The notes: generated from the letters alone by a model not told the origin. DNA of 64,000 bases from an uncultured candidate division Zixibacteria bacterium (GCA_963664195.1 OY760907.1:3552001-3616000), one strand, 5' to 3'; counted from the first letter of the stretch, positions 17,259-27,604 are shown. Translations and numbers: made by a program.

Positions 17259-18089
17259 TTATTTGAGCATCATCATCTTCTTCGTTTCGACGAAATTGTC
17301 CGCCTGGATACGATAGAAGTACACTCCGCTAGAAACCGCTCCGCCGCGAGAATTGCGGCCGTCCCACGTAACCGTATGGTTTCCGGCCGGCATGTCCTGG
17401 CTGACCAGAGAGGTTACTTGCTGACCAAGGACATTGTACACAGTCAGTTCGACACTCGACGGTGACGGCAGACTGAAGGCAATCTCGGTGGTCGGATTGA
17501 ACGGGTTCGGATAGTTCTGCTCCAGCGCAAAGACCGTCGGCAGGTTCTGTCCAGCCAGTCCGGCAAAAGCAACGGTCACACCTTCAAAAACCGGCATGGT
17601 TTTGTCATGTGCAACCTGGTCCGGGTTCGAACGGGTGTTGTAAATGAACATCAGTTCGTGATGTGGTTTCTCCATGACAAGCGGGCTAAGCGTAAGTTCG
17701 CTTACGGTCGGATTGTCCACCTCGAATACGAGATTGGCAATGGCACCGTGCCCGGCTGTAAGAGCCGCCCTTTTCGTCGGAGACAACTGGTTCACCAAAC
17801 CGATAATGACAACGTTCTTTTCATTGTCAATATTGGCCAGTTTCAGATCCCAGTCTGCCACCCGCGTGTTTTCAAAAGTGACTTCTTTCAAGGTCACGCC
17901 TTCAGAAAACTGCAGCGGGATGTCCATGGCCATCAGGCCGTTGTCGTTAGCAATTTCCAACGGCACCGTGATCGTGTTGTCCGCACCGATCACCGCATCC
18001 TTCGCTGCGAAATTGTCGGCGGAGAACACCAGCGCGGGAACCAGCAGGATTGCTACGAGAATAGTGATAGTATTAAATCGTTTCAACAA
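17259..18089 (-). CDS. Secreted cohesin-like beta-sandwich protein with C-terminal FlgD-Ig/T9SS-type sorting domain
   Basis: Signal peptide, LPTVFALEQNYPNPFNPTTEI...YNVLGQ...WDG...SSGVYFYRI...KKMMMLK. GGGGTG SD and TTG start. Confidence 0.88.
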   Translation of the reverse strand: MLKRFNTITILVAILLVPALVFSADNFAAKDAVIGADNTITVPLEIANDNGLMAMDIPLQFSEGVTLKEVTFENTRVADWDLKLANIDNEKNVVIIGLVNQLSPTKRAALTAGHGAIANLVFEVDNPTVSELTLSPLVMEKPHHELMFIYNTRSNPDQVAHDKTMPVFEGVTVAFAGLAGQNLPTVFALEQNYPNPFNPTTEIAFSLPSPSSVELTVYNVLGQQVTSLVSQDMPAGNHTVTWDGRNSRGGAVSSGVYFYRIQADNFVETKKMMMLK

Positions 18090-18274
18090 TGTTCACCCCC
18101 TCAGGGTTGAATTAGTTGGCGTTGTGGTTGATCCGTGAAGACTCCTGTCAGCACGGCAACCGCTTCCTACCGCAATACGAAATTCTTTTTACAAGTCAGT
18201 CAAATACTTCGCGTGTATGTGGCGCAACCAGAGAAGCGGTAATACTTGGCGGGATTCCTTATCGTCTTGTTTCA

Positions 18275-18303
18275 AAAATAACCCCGCGGACACATGTTGT
18301 CAA
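18275..18303 (-). promoter_or_regulatory. Sigma-70 promoter of the FlgD-Ig gene (~180-nt 5' UTR)
   Basis: TTGACA-N17-TATTTT on the minus strand. Confidence 0.55.
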
Positions 18304-18711
18304 GCTGTTTCTCTAGTATCCTCATACTTAACAAGGTTTTAGCAACTGTTAGGCCGATAGCCTCAAGATTGACCAGATCACCCCGAATAATGTGCTGCAC
18401 ACCCTTTCACGCCCTCGTAACTGTATTACAATTGAACAGCCGGTTTGGTTCCATACTAAAACAAACATACAATCACTTTGCAGAAGTACCCCCGTTTGCC
18501 TCATTCTGGACGCAGATTCTGCGGACCAGCCCTCTTATAGGGGATCAGTGCTCGAACTCCACGCATCCAATTGCACATAACGTGCGGCAGGACACTCGCG
18601 GATTGCACTCTCCGCCCCCCGCCTATCCTTTAAATCCTTGACATGATTGCAGTTTAGGCCAATTTTGGGAGTCAAATCATCGGCTCAAACATATCTCACT
18701 CTGGAGGTCAG

Positions 18712-20688
18712 GTGGACAACTCCCCCGGAAACTCGACCAAGAAATTCACGCCGGTCATTCCTGCCCATGAAACCGTGGCGGAAGTAACCTGGCGGGCGAT
18801 CATTCTTGGTGCCCTCATTTCGGTACTTTTTGGCGTTGCCAACGCGTATCTGGCACTCAAATTCGGCATGACTGTATCGTCATCTATCCCGGCAGCGGTC
18901 ATTTCGATGGCCGTGCTCAGGGTTTTCATGAGAAGCCGTCGGGCGACAGTGCTGGAGAACAACATTGTACAAACGGTCGGCTCCGCGGGTGAATCTCTGG
19001 CCGCCGGCCTGACTTTCACGATCCCGGCGTTTTTCATCTGGGCCGCCAACGATGAACTGGTCGCGCAGGGTTATTTCCATGAGGTTTCGAAAACCCAGAT
19101 TTTCTGGCTGTCGATGCTCGGCGGTGCGCTGGGTATTCTCCTGATGATCCCTCTTCGGAAGTACCTCGTGGAAAAGGAACACGGCAACCTGAAGTTTCCC
19201 GAAGGTACCGCCTGTGCCGAGATCATTGTCGCCGGAGACGAAGGCGGCAGCAAGGCCAAGATGGTGTTCACAGGCATCGGTCTTGGCGCCCTGTATAAGA
19301 TCGGATATGACATCATTGAGGCCTGGCCGATTACTCCGCAGCACAATTTCAAGGGTTTCCTCAAAGGAGGTACGATAGGTGTCGATGCCACGCCTGCACT
19401 TCTTGGTGTCGGATATATCATTGGGCCACGGATTGCGGCCCTGATGCTTTCCGGCGCGGTGCTCGGGTATCTCGCAATCGGTCCATTCCTCTCGTACATC
19501 GGCGACATGCTGCCGGGCATGATCGTTTCCCCCGGAACCATTCCACTGGGACAAATGGACCCTGACCAGTTGAGAGGAGCGTACATCAAATACCTTGGCG
19601 TGGGTGCGGTCTCGGTCGGAGGGTTTGTATCGTTGCTGAAATCGTTCCCGATCATCATTTCTTCATTCGGCAAAGGTTTCAGCGAACTCCTCGGAAAACG
19701 CACCAATGCCAACGCTCCGCGCACAGATCAGGACATCCCCATGAAGTGGGTACTCCTCGGCGTGGTCGGAGTAATCGTCGGTATCTGGCTGATCCCCGGA
19801 ACGGGATTGACGCTTCTGGCCATCTCGCTGGCAATCTTTTTTGGATTCCTGTTTGTGGTGGTGGCAGCACGAATCGTAGGAATCGTCGGCTCGTCATCAT
19901 CACCGGTCTCTGGGATGACGATTGCCACTCTTCTTGTCAGTTGTCTGGTATTGGTCTATTTTGGTGCGTCCGGCATTACCGGGATGATCGCCGCTATGTC
20001 GGTCGGCACAGTAGTCTGCATCGCGGTGTGTATGTCCGGTGACATCGCACAAGACCTCAAGACAGGATTCCTGCTCGGAGCAACTCCAAGAAAACAGCAG
20101 TGGACGGAATTCATCGGGTTGCTCTTCCCTGCCATCGCGATGGGCTTCACAATCTACTATCTGAACGATGCCTTTGGCTTCACGGCTGTCGAGGGGGCGA
20201 CCCGTGATCCGCTCCTGGCGCCCCAGGCCAATATCATGGCAACGGTAGTCCAGGGAGTTATGAACTCCAACCTGCCGTGGGAACCGATTATCGTGGGCGG
20301 CGTCATTGCCCTGTCGATTGAATTGCTGGGTATCGGTTCGCTTCCGGTAGCCATCGGATTGTACTTGCCGTTGTCGCTCTCGACCCCGATTATGATCGGG
20401 GGACTAGTCGCCTGGCTCGTAAAACGTCAATCAACGAAGCAACAGTATGAGAAACGCAACCTGCGCGGCATCCTTTTCGCCTCCGGTATGGTGGCTGGCG
20501 ACGGTCTGTTCGGTGTGGTGGGTGCCTTCATGATAGGCTCCTGGCCGGCGTTCGCTGACTACTACGACGGACATTACGGCATGCTCAATTCATTGTCAGG
20601 TAGCTACGGCCCCTGGGTTGCGCTGGGTGTATTCGGATTGCTCACGGCTACCCTCGCACACATGGCGTTCAAGGGATTTAAGAAGTAA
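18712..20688 (+). CDS. OPT-family oligopeptide transporter
   Basis: NAYLALKFG...SSIPAAVIS, ENNIVQT, FPEGTACAE, SSPVSGM, QDLKTG, APQA motifs. GGAGGT SD. Confidence 0.95.
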   Translation: MDNSPGNSTKKFTPVIPAHETVAEVTWRAIILGALISVLFGVANAYLALKFGMTVSSSIPAAVISMAVLRVFMRSRRATVLENNIVQTVGSAGESLAAGLTFTIPAFFIWAANDELVAQGYFHEVSKTQIFWLSMLGGALGILLMIPLRKYLVEKEHGNLKFPEGTACAEIIVAGDEGGSKAKMVFTGIGLGALYKIGYDIIEAWPITPQHNFKGFLKGGTIGVDATPALLGVGYIIGPRIAALMLSGAVLGYLAIGPFLSYIGDMLPGMIVSPGTIPLGQMDPDQLRGAYIKYLGVGAVSVGGFVSLLKSFPIIISSFGKGFSELLGKRTNANAPRTDQDIPMKWVLLGVVGVIVGIWLIPGTGLTLLAISLAIFFGFLFVVVAARIVGIVGSSSSPVSGMTIATLLVSCLVLVYFGASGITGMIAAMSVGTVVCIAVCMSGDIAQDLKTGFLLGATPRKQQWTEFIGLLFPAIAMGFTIYYLNDAFGFTAVEGATRDPLLAPQANIMATVVQGVMNSNLPWEPIIVGGVIALSIELLGIGSLPVAIGLYLPLSLSTPIMIGGLVAWLVKRQSTKQQYEKRNLRGILFASGMVAGDGLFGVVGAFMIGSWPAFADYYDGHYGMLNSLSGSYGPWVALGVFGLLTATLAHMAFKGFKK

Positions 20689-20705
20689 ACGCGCAGTTCC
20701 AGACT

Positions 20706-20737
20706 AAACGGCTCCGTCTCCGGCGGGGCCGTTTTTT
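20706..20737 (+). terminator. Intrinsic terminator
   Basis: AAACGGCTCCGTC-TCC-GGCGGGGCCGTTT followed by a T run. Confidence 0.8.
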
Positions 20738-20862
20738 CCCCCCCAACAATGCCGCAATTCCCTTTACTCCTTGTTGACCCGACCAAACGTCTGCATTACC
20801 ATAGAAGCCCGCCACTAACAAACTGGCAACTCAACGAACGTATATTTCGGAGTCGAAAACTG

Positions 20863-21351
20863 TTGGCAGCAAAAAACAACAAAGCGCTCTTCAAGGTAAG
20901 ACGGTCCGGCATCCAGGGAAAGGGTGCCTTTGCGACCCGTCGTATCCGCCCGGGACAGCGCATAATCGAATACAAGGGGGAACGTATCGACGACAAAGAA
21001 ATCGAGCGTCGGTACGATGACGACGCCATGGAGCGCCACCACACATTTCTTTTCGGCGTAGAAGACGATGTCACCATCGACGCCACCCGTCGCGGCAGCC
21101 AGGCCAAATACATCAACCACTCGTGCGACCCGAACTGCGAGGCGGTTTTGGATGCGGGACGGGTCTATATCGAGGCGATCCGCAATATCCAGCCAGGGGT
21201 GGAACTCTGCTACGACTATGGATTCGAATACGAGGGGCGTCTGACAAAGGCCATGCGGGAACAGTATCCGTGCCGTTGCGGCTCGGCTAATTGCCGCGGC
21301 ACTATTCTTAAGCCGAAAACGAAAAAGCGCCCGAAGACGAAACGCGGGTGA
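20863..21351 (+). CDS. SET-domain protein-lysine methyltransferase with post-SET motif
   Basis: SGIQGKGAFA, EYKGE, YINHSCDPNC, ELCYDY, CRCGSANCRG. Start inferred from GGAG plus TTG. Confidence 0.9.
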   Translation: MAAKNNKALFKVRRSGIQGKGAFATRRIRPGQRIIEYKGERIDDKEIERRYDDDAMERHHTFLFGVEDDVTIDATRRGSQAKYINHSCDPNCEAVLDAGRVYIEAIRNIQPGVELCYDYGFEYEGRLTKAMREQYPCRCGSANCRGTILKPKTKKRPKTKRG

Positions 21352-21361
21352 CTTGTCGCCA

Positions 21362-22273
21362 TCAGTACTTTTTGCGCCGCTCAATCATGTAATTGGAACC
21401 GGGGTTGGCTTTCACAGCCTTCTTGAGATCTGCGAGCATACGGGACAGCTCGCCAAGATGACGAAACTCACCATTTTCGTTTATGATCACGCCAATAGAT
21501 ATTGAAAGTATGGGGAAGCGTTCGTTCTCGCCACGACGGTTGATGGTGTCGATGTAGCCGCGCTGGCGGTCGACCTCATCGTATCGATACGGAATGAAGG
21601 CATCAAAACATCGAATGATCCAGCGACAGACATCATGGACAATATCAGCCGGTATCACGCAGATAAAATCATCACCGGCGATATGCCCCACAAATCCCTC
21701 GGGACAGAGATCAAACACAATGTCACGCAGGATACGGCCGGTCATGCGAATGATTCTGTCGCCGTAGACATAACCGTAGTAATCGTTGAACGGCTTGAAA
21801 TTATCCAGGTCGGCGTAGCAGATCGCAAACCGTTCACCGCGTGTCAGTTGGAAATTGATTTCCTTCTCGATGCTGGCCGGTCCCGGCAAAGCGGTCGACG
21901 GGTTGACGGCCAGATCGCGACGGCTGCGCGCGATCACTGAAGTAATCCGCACTTCGACCAGCTTTTCCACCCATTCGCCGTAGATAAATTCTTCAACCTG
22001 ACACTCGTAAGCGGCAACCACCATATTCAAGTCAGGGTCGGGATGGTACAGAATGACCGGTACGATCGAGAGCAGAATATTCTGTTTGATGGCTCTGACA
22101 AGGTCAATCTCACGCAGGAAATCACCGCGTCCGCCAACGAAAATGGCGTTAATCGGGTGGCGATGACAAATCGTCACCAGCTCGTCAAAACTGTCGAAAA
22201 AGTGGAAGGAATGGGGTCGATCTCTGAAAAACCGGTCTACATGGTAGTCAAGATTCACCCCGGTCTGCTTCAT
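21362..22273 (-). CDS. Diguanylate cyclase-like protein (degenerate receiver domain + GGDEF, AGDDF variant)
   Basis: NPSTALPG, YADLDNFKPFNDYYG..GD, GHIAGDDF. Confidence 0.85.
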   Translation of the reverse strand: MKQTGVNLDYHVDRFFRDRPHSFHFFDSFDELVTICHRHPINAIFVGGRGDFLREIDLVRAIKQNILLSIVPVILYHPDPDLNMVVAAYECQVEEFIYGEWVEKLVEVRITSVIARSRRDLAVNPSTALPGPASIEKEINFQLTRGERFAICYADLDNFKPFNDYYGYVYGDRIIRMTGRILRDIVFDLCPEGFVGHIAGDDFICVIPADIVHDVCRWIIRCFDAFIPYRYDEVDRQRGYIDTINRRGENERFPILSISIGVIINENGEFRHLGELSRMLADLKKAVKANPGSNYMIERRKKY

Positions 22274-22292
22274 CGCAAAATGAAGTATTGAC

Positions 22293-23225
22293 TCAGTCTT
22301 CGTCTCCGCTTCGCTGGAAACCGGCCAATTCTCGAGGGTGATGTTTTCTATGCTCTGCAACGATATAGTCTCGGTCAATTCGGGTGTAAATCTCCGTAGT
22401 AGATATATCGGCATGTCCGAGCATTTCTTGTACAGTTCTTAGGTCCGCCCCGCCCATTAGCAGATGTGTTGCAAAGGAATGCCGGAAGCTGTGGGGTGTC
22501 ACGACCTTGAGAATGCCCGCTCCGACGATTGCTTTTTTGACAATTTTCCACAATCCGACACGGGAAAACGTTCTACCGCTGTGACTTAACACCAAGTAAC
22601 CGTTCGCCGCTGTCCGCAGGGGGCCGTCGCTAACTTCGAGATATTTCTCGACAGCTTCCTTAGCAGGGCCGCCTATGGGAACCAATCGTTGCTTGTTGCC
22701 TTTGCCAGTGACTTTAACGAATCCCGCCTCGAATTCGATATTGGCCACCTTTAGACTGATCAATTCGGATATCCTGAGACCGCAACCGTAGAGCAGTTCG
22801 ATGATGGCCCGGTTTCGCTCCGGCTGACGGACGTTTCTTCCGGCAGCATCGATTATTCGCCCTACTTCCTCGGCGGACAGATAATCAGGATGATATCGGG
22901 CAATCCGGGGGGCGCGGTAAGCTTTGGCCGGATTGTCTTTCATCCCAGCCGAAAGCTCCGTCTCTATCAGATAATCGAAGAAGTGCTTTACGCTGGACAG
23001 TTTGCGGGCAAGCGTGGTCGGTTTACGCCCTTTCTGCACCAGTTCGCCGAAGAAGCGGGTAATGTCGGAGGGGGTGATTGATCCAGGAACGCAGTCTTTG
23101 AAACGGGCGGCCAACTCCCGAAGATCGGTACGGTAGGCGGCCAGCGAGTTCTGCGACAAACCTCGTTCGAGCCGCAAGTGCTGCATGAAGATGTCTATCG
23201 CATTTTGGAAAACAGCGTTAGCCAC
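22293..23225 (-). CDS. xerD: Tyrosine recombinase XerD
   Basis: ERGLSQNSLAAY, LYGCGLRISEL, GKGNKQRLVP, TPHSFRHSFATHLL.GGADLR..QEMLGHADISTTEIYT. Confidence 0.9.
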   Translation of the reverse strand: MANAVFQNAIDIFMQHLRLERGLSQNSLAAYRTDLRELAARFKDCVPGSITPSDITRFFGELVQKGRKPTTLARKLSSVKHFFDYLIETELSAGMKDNPAKAYRAPRIARYHPDYLSAEEVGRIIDAAGRNVRQPERNRAIIELLYGCGLRISELISLKVANIEFEAGFVKVTGKGNKQRLVPIGGPAKEAVEKYLEVSDGPLRTAANGYLVLSHSGRTFSRVGLWKIVKKAIVGAGILKVVTPHSFRHSFATHLLMGGADLRTVQEMLGHADISTTEIYTRIDRDYIVAEHRKHHPRELAGFQRSGDED

Positions 23226-23227
23226 AA

Positions 23228-23935
23228 TTACAGACCGTGAGCCATGGCGATTACTGCCGGTACCCTGTAACCGGCCTTGATCAGTACGCGGCGGGCCTCA
23301 AGCACGGTCTGCCCGCTGGTAACGACGTCATCCACGAGAACCAAGTTGCGCTCATTGTCTTGAGTCTCAGGATCGACCAGTGTGAAAACGCCCTTGATGT
23401 TGCGTTCACGGTCTGACTCCTTGAGCCGCGACTGCGGTTTGCGCCTAATCGTCCGCACCAGAGTCTGATCGTTCACCGGAATATCCAGTCGCCGTCCGAT
23501 TTCTTCGGCCAGCAACGTTGCCTGGTTGTACCCGCGACTGTACTCTCTCGATGGATGCAACGGTATCGGCACCAATTCGACCGTACCAAGTTTCGTTATT
23601 CCATCCCCAAACTGGCTGACGATTTTGTCTGCCAGACAACCAGCTATCCCCGTGACGCCACGAAACTTGAAGTTGATAATGATCTCCCTCAGCGGGTCGG
23701 AATAATCCCCGGCAGCAAACAACTGCAGTTCGCTGGCTTTGCCCGTGTCGTGGGAAGTCGGTTCCTTGGTGGCCAGCATAAACGGAGTCTGATACCAGTC
23801 AATCCTGCTCCGGCAGAGATCGCAAATATCTCCTTCCTCCTCGTGGAATCCTCCACAACCGGCGCAGAGCGGCGGGAAGGCGAAGTCCAGCATTCCCCTG
23901 ATCACAGGGAATTTCTTTCGCAAGAAAGTTAACAT
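23228..23935 (-). CDS. comF: ComF-family phosphoribosyltransferase-like protein
   Basis: CAGC...CDLC zinc finger, PIPLH...RGYNQA, LVDDVVTSGQT. Confidence 0.9.
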   Translation of the reverse strand: MLTFLRKKFPVIRGMLDFAFPPLCAGCGGFHEEEGDICDLCRSRIDWYQTPFMLATKEPTSHDTGKASELQLFAAGDYSDPLREIIINFKFRGVTGIAGCLADKIVSQFGDGITKLGTVELVPIPLHPSREYSRGYNQATLLAEEIGRRLDIPVNDQTLVRTIRRKPQSRLKESDRERNIKGVFTLVDPETQDNERNLVLVDDVVTSGQTVLEARRVLIKAGYRVPAVIAMAHGL

Positions 23936-24006
23936 AATATCCAAGGAACAAATACAGAGAAATCTGGCAAGTAAAAAAAACGATACGTGGTGTCGATGTG
24001 GTATCG

Positions 24007-25068
24007 TCAGGCCAAACGACCGAACCAGCGCTTGAACGAGTGCCAGAACATGAGTGCGCTCAATGAAACGGCACAGACGATATTGAAAAGCGAACCTGAG
24101 TGTTCGTGCCCCACGTTCCGGTACAGCGGATTGATGCCAAGAGCATCGTACAGCCAATCCACCGCAAGGCCGCAGACAATCGACACGGCAGCAATCACGA
24201 CCAGATACCGAATCGTGGCCGGAATACCGAGAATCCGTTTTAGCACCGCCAGAGCGGCCATATTAGTGGCCGGTCCCACCATGAGAAACACCATTATTGC
24301 TCCCGGGGGAAAACCGGCTGCAAGCAACACCGCCGCCAGCGGAGTCGAAGATGTGGCGCAGATATACAGCGGAAGCCCCAGCACAATAGCCCCCACGTAC
24401 GCCAGCCAACCGCTCGTCAGGCTTTCCGGTATGGCGTCAAGACGAGGCCCGAGTAGCGCGGCTACGAGTCCCGCCAATACGTAGCCGACAAGCAGATAAG
24501 GAGCAAGATCGCCGATCAGAGTAGTGAAAGCGTGTTTCAGCCCGGACCATATCTTCGAAAAGAGCGAGTCGTATGTGTTTGTCTCAGCAGAATCACAGCA
24601 GCAGTCTCCTCCGCACGCTGCGGCCACCGGCATGGGAGTCATCGTTTCCTCTCCGGAGCCAAAGGCGTTTTCAACGAACCCCGCGGTCATCGCGGTGAGA
24701 AAAGCGGTGATCGGACGAGCCACTGTCAACAAGGGGTCTGTCAGGGAATAAGTCAGGAGGATCGAATCCACACCGCTCTCCGGCGTGGATACGAGAAACG
24801 ACACCGTCCCCCCTTTGCTCAACCCCGACTGCCTCAACTGTGATGCGACCGGCAAAACCGAGCAGGAACATAGCGGAAGCGGAACACCAATCAGGGCGGC
24901 CCGAACCACGGCCCCACTGCTGTTCTTCCCTACCAACCGGGACAGATTCTTCTCGTTGAGAAAAAGCCAGACCAGACCGGCAAGGGCTAGCCCGACCAGA
25001 AAGAAGAACGCCGAGTCGATCAGCATCATCCAGATCGATTCCAGCCAGAGGACGGCGAAGGTAGCCAA
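24007..25068 (-). CDS. ArsP/SO_0444-type metal efflux permease
   Basis: PLPLCSCSVLP, STPESGVDS, Cys-rich loop, YICATSSTP, GPATN. Confidence 0.85.
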   Translation of the reverse strand: MATFAVLWLESIWMMLIDSAFFFLVGLALAGLVWLFLNEKNLSRLVGKNSSGAVVRAALIGVPLPLCSCSVLPVASQLRQSGLSKGGTVSFLVSTPESGVDSILLTYSLTDPLLTVARPITAFLTAMTAGFVENAFGSGEETMTPMPVAAACGGDCCCDSAETNTYDSLFSKIWSGLKHAFTTLIGDLAPYLLVGYVLAGLVAALLGPRLDAIPESLTSGWLAYVGAIVLGLPLYICATSSTPLAAVLLAAGFPPGAIMVFLMVGPATNMAALAVLKRILGIPATIRYLVVIAAVSIVCGLAVDWLYDALGINPLYRNVGHEHSGSLFNIVCAVSLSALMFWHSFKRWFGRLA

Positions 25069-25071
25069 AAA

Positions 25072-25719
25072 CTATCCTTCCATATCTTTCAGTAACTGCC
25101 GGGCAGTCGGCGCCGAAGCACCGTCCGGAGCGATACTAAGATATCTCTCCCAGTAAACTCGGGCTGAATCAGTCTGCGCCTGACCGTGGTAAACGATGCC
25201 GATATTGAACACCGCAACCTCATGGCGCGGGTGAGCTTCGACAACCTTGAGGAATTCCTCCAGGGCGCGTTCCGGCAGTCCCATTGCGTACAGACAGGCA
25301 CCGTAGTCGGTACGGACATCGGGAGAGCGCGGATCAATCTCAAGCGCGCGACGGTATATCTCTGCCGCGAGGAGGAACTGACCGTCATCCATCTGTTTGT
25401 TGCCGGCACCAACGAGACCTTCGTAGTCCTGAGGTAGATCAGCAGGCAAGGCCATCCCCATACCACCTTCGTGCCCTGGCGCGCCGGAGGAAGGTTGAGC
25501 GGTGGGAGGCACAGGCGGCGTTCCGGGCGTTTTGAGAGCAAAGAATCCAACGCTGAAAAGCGCAATCACTCCCACGACGATCAGTAGATCGTGATAGGAC
25601 GAGCGGCTTCCCGAGGGCGCCGCGGTCCTCTCTCCTTTCACCGTTGCACCGCACTCCGGGCAGAATCTCGGATTTCCGGCCAGCGGCTTGCCGCAGGCAT
25701 TGCACTTCAATTCACTCAT
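25072..25719 (-). CDS. Zinc-ribbon + TM + TPR protein
   Basis: CNACG...FCPECG, one TM helix, three TPR-like repeats. Start at 25719 or 25728. Confidence 0.85.
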   Translation of the reverse strand: MSELKCNACGKPLAGNPRFCPECGATVKGERTAAPSGSRSSYHDLLIVVGVIALFSVGFFALKTPGTPPVPPTAQPSSGAPGHEGGMGMALPADLPQDYEGLVGAGNKQMDDGQFLLAAEIYRRALEIDPRSPDVRTDYGACLYAMGLPERALEEFLKVVEAHPRHEVAVFNIGIVYHGQAQTDSARVYWERYLSIAPDGASAPTARQLLKDMEG

Positions 25720-25873
25720 ATACGACAAAACCCCTCGTAGTTTTCATGGACCTAATATAACCATGCCAGACCAATAAGCAATCCCTGACTTCACTCAATA
25801 TACGCATGACAGTCCGTTGACAATACCGTATTATACAACTCTTATACTGGCGTTCAAACCGGAAAGGAACCCG

Positions 25874-27604
25874 ATGAAATCGCTTGTTGTCCTCACAATC
25901 GCCCTGACACAGTGCTGTGGCTCGCTCGGAGCCGCTGCCTCCTCTTATCCCCTCACCGAAGACTCACTCCACGCCCGCGTTGCGGTCCTTGCGTCGGACT
26001 CGCTGGAAGGCCGAGAGGTCGGCGAGCCGGGGGAGTTGAAAGCGGCCCGCTATATTGAAGGCGTCATGCGCTCTTTCGGCCTTGAGCCGCGCGGCGACGA
26101 CGGTACGTACTTGCAGGCGTTCGAATTCACAAAAAGAATCGAGCACGGTGAGAAGAACCGTCTGGCGATAAACGGTGAGGACCTGCAAATCGGGACTGAA
26201 TTCGTACCGTTGCATCATACTGCGAACACCGCGTTTGAATTCAGTGAGATTGTCGACATCGGCTACGGCATCATCAACGAAGATAGTTCCTACAATGACT
26301 ACGAAGACAAGGACGTGGCAGGCAAGGCGGTTCTCATCCGCCGTTACGCTCCGGAAGTGGAAGCTGACAGCGCTGACACCACCGGTACAGACACCAACCC
26401 TTACGACCGCTACTCTGGTCTAACGAGCAAGATCATCACCGCGCTTGATCACGACGCCGCCGGCGTTTTCTTTTACACGCCGGCTTCTCACGATGACACA
26501 CTTTTGGCTTCCGGCGTTACCCGTGTCACGCCCAAAGATATTCCGATCGTTTTCCTTCGACGGGCGGGGCTTGAACGGCTCGGGCTCGATCTTGAAAGGC
26601 CTGACATTCGGGACCTCGTGGGTGAGACAGATCTCGTCCGCGTACGCGACACCGGTTACAACGTGATAGGATTGCTGCCCGGAGCAACTGACAGCGCAAT
26701 CGTGGCCGGCGCTCACTACGATCATCTCGGTTGGGGGGGACCTGCGTCACGTTATCTTGAGAAAGAACCTAAAATCCATTACGGCGCCGACGACAACGGT
26801 TCCGGCTCCGCAGCACTGATGGAACTGGCCGGCTATTTCGCGGGGCGAGACAGCCAGCTCAGACATTCGCTGCTATTCATAGCTTTTTCGGGCGAAGAAG
26901 CAGGGCTGCTTGGATCGAGTTACTTTGTGCGCAACTGGACCGTGGACAGGACCAAGTGCCAGATGATGGTAAACATGGACATGATCGGCAGACTCAAAGA
27001 GCAGGAGAAGGGACTCATCGTCATGGGGACCGGCACCTGTGAGCAATTCAAGGACTACTTTGACTCGCTCGACACCAGCGAGTTGAGAATGACATTCAGC
27101 GAATCCGGCAGTGGTCCCTCCGACCACGCCGCCTTTTATAACGACAGCATTCCGACGCTCCATTTTTTTACCGGTGCACATGAGGATTACCATACGCCGA
27201 GCGATGTCATCGAGAAAATCGATTTCGGCGGACTGGTCCGTGTCACGCAAATGGTAGGTGACATTGTGGAGCACTTCGACAGCTACTCGGGGCCGCTCGT
27301 ATTCCAGCGCACCAAAGACTCAGGGGAAGGACGACATCGGTCTTCGTTTTCCGTTACGCTCGGAGTCATGCCTGATTTTATTTCGGAAGTGAGGGGACTG
27401 AGAATCGACGGTGTCTCCCCTGAGCGTCCAGCCGACCGCGCGGGGCTGCTCAAAGGCGACATTATTATCCGCCTTGGCGAATACAACATCGGCGACATCT
27501 ACGACTACATGAATGCACTGGGTAAATTCCGCAAAGATGACACAGTCGAGACACTGATTGTCAGAGAGGCAGATACCCTGACCGTCACGGTGGAATTCAA
27601 GTAG
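25874..27604 (+). CDS. Secreted M28 aminopeptidase with PA and PDZ domains
   Basis: LASDSLEGR, GAHYDHLG, GADDNGSG, FSGEEAGLLGS, NMDMIGR, SDH, HEDYHTPSD, and C-terminal TLGVMPD...PA.RAGL PDZ. Confidence 0.93.
   Translation: MKSLVVLTIALTQCCGSLGAAASSYPLTEDSLHARVAVLASDSLEGREVGEPGELKAARYIEGVMRSFGLEPRGDDGTYLQAFEFTKRIEHGEKNRLAINGEDLQIGTEFVPLHHTANTAFEFSEIVDIGYGIINEDSSYNDYEDKDVAGKAVLIRRYAPEVEADSADTTGTDTNPYDRYSGLTSKIITALDHDAAGVFFYTPASHDDTLLASGVTRVTPKDIPIVFLRRAGLERLGLDLERPDIRDLVGETDLVRVRDTGYNVIGLLPGATDSAIVAGAHYDHLGWGGPASRYLEKEPKIHYGADDNGSGSAALMELAGYFAGRDSQLRHSLLFIAFSGEEAGLLGSSYFVRNWTVDRTKCQMMVNMDMIGRLKEQEKGLIVMGTGTCEQFKDYFDSLDTSELRMTFSESGSGPSDHAAFYNDSIPTLHFFTGAHEDYHTPSDVIEKIDFGGLVRVTQMVGDIVEHFDSYSGPLVFQRTKDSGEGRHRSSFSVTLGVMPDFISEVRGLRIDGVSPERPADRAGLLKGDIIIRLGEYNIGDIYDYMNALGKFRKDDTVETLIVREADTLTVTVEFK

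Noticed and set aside
22293..23225. Tyrosine recombinase as a phage or island integrase
   Set aside because: It has XerD hallmarks and a housekeeping context, with no att sites or mobile cargo.
23936..24157. N-terminal extension of ComF (and similar extensions of the GGDEF, anti-sigma, SET and PHP ORFs) in the ORF track
   Set aside because: The extensions overlap neighbouring genes or terminators and lack homology-like features; downstream starts fit better.
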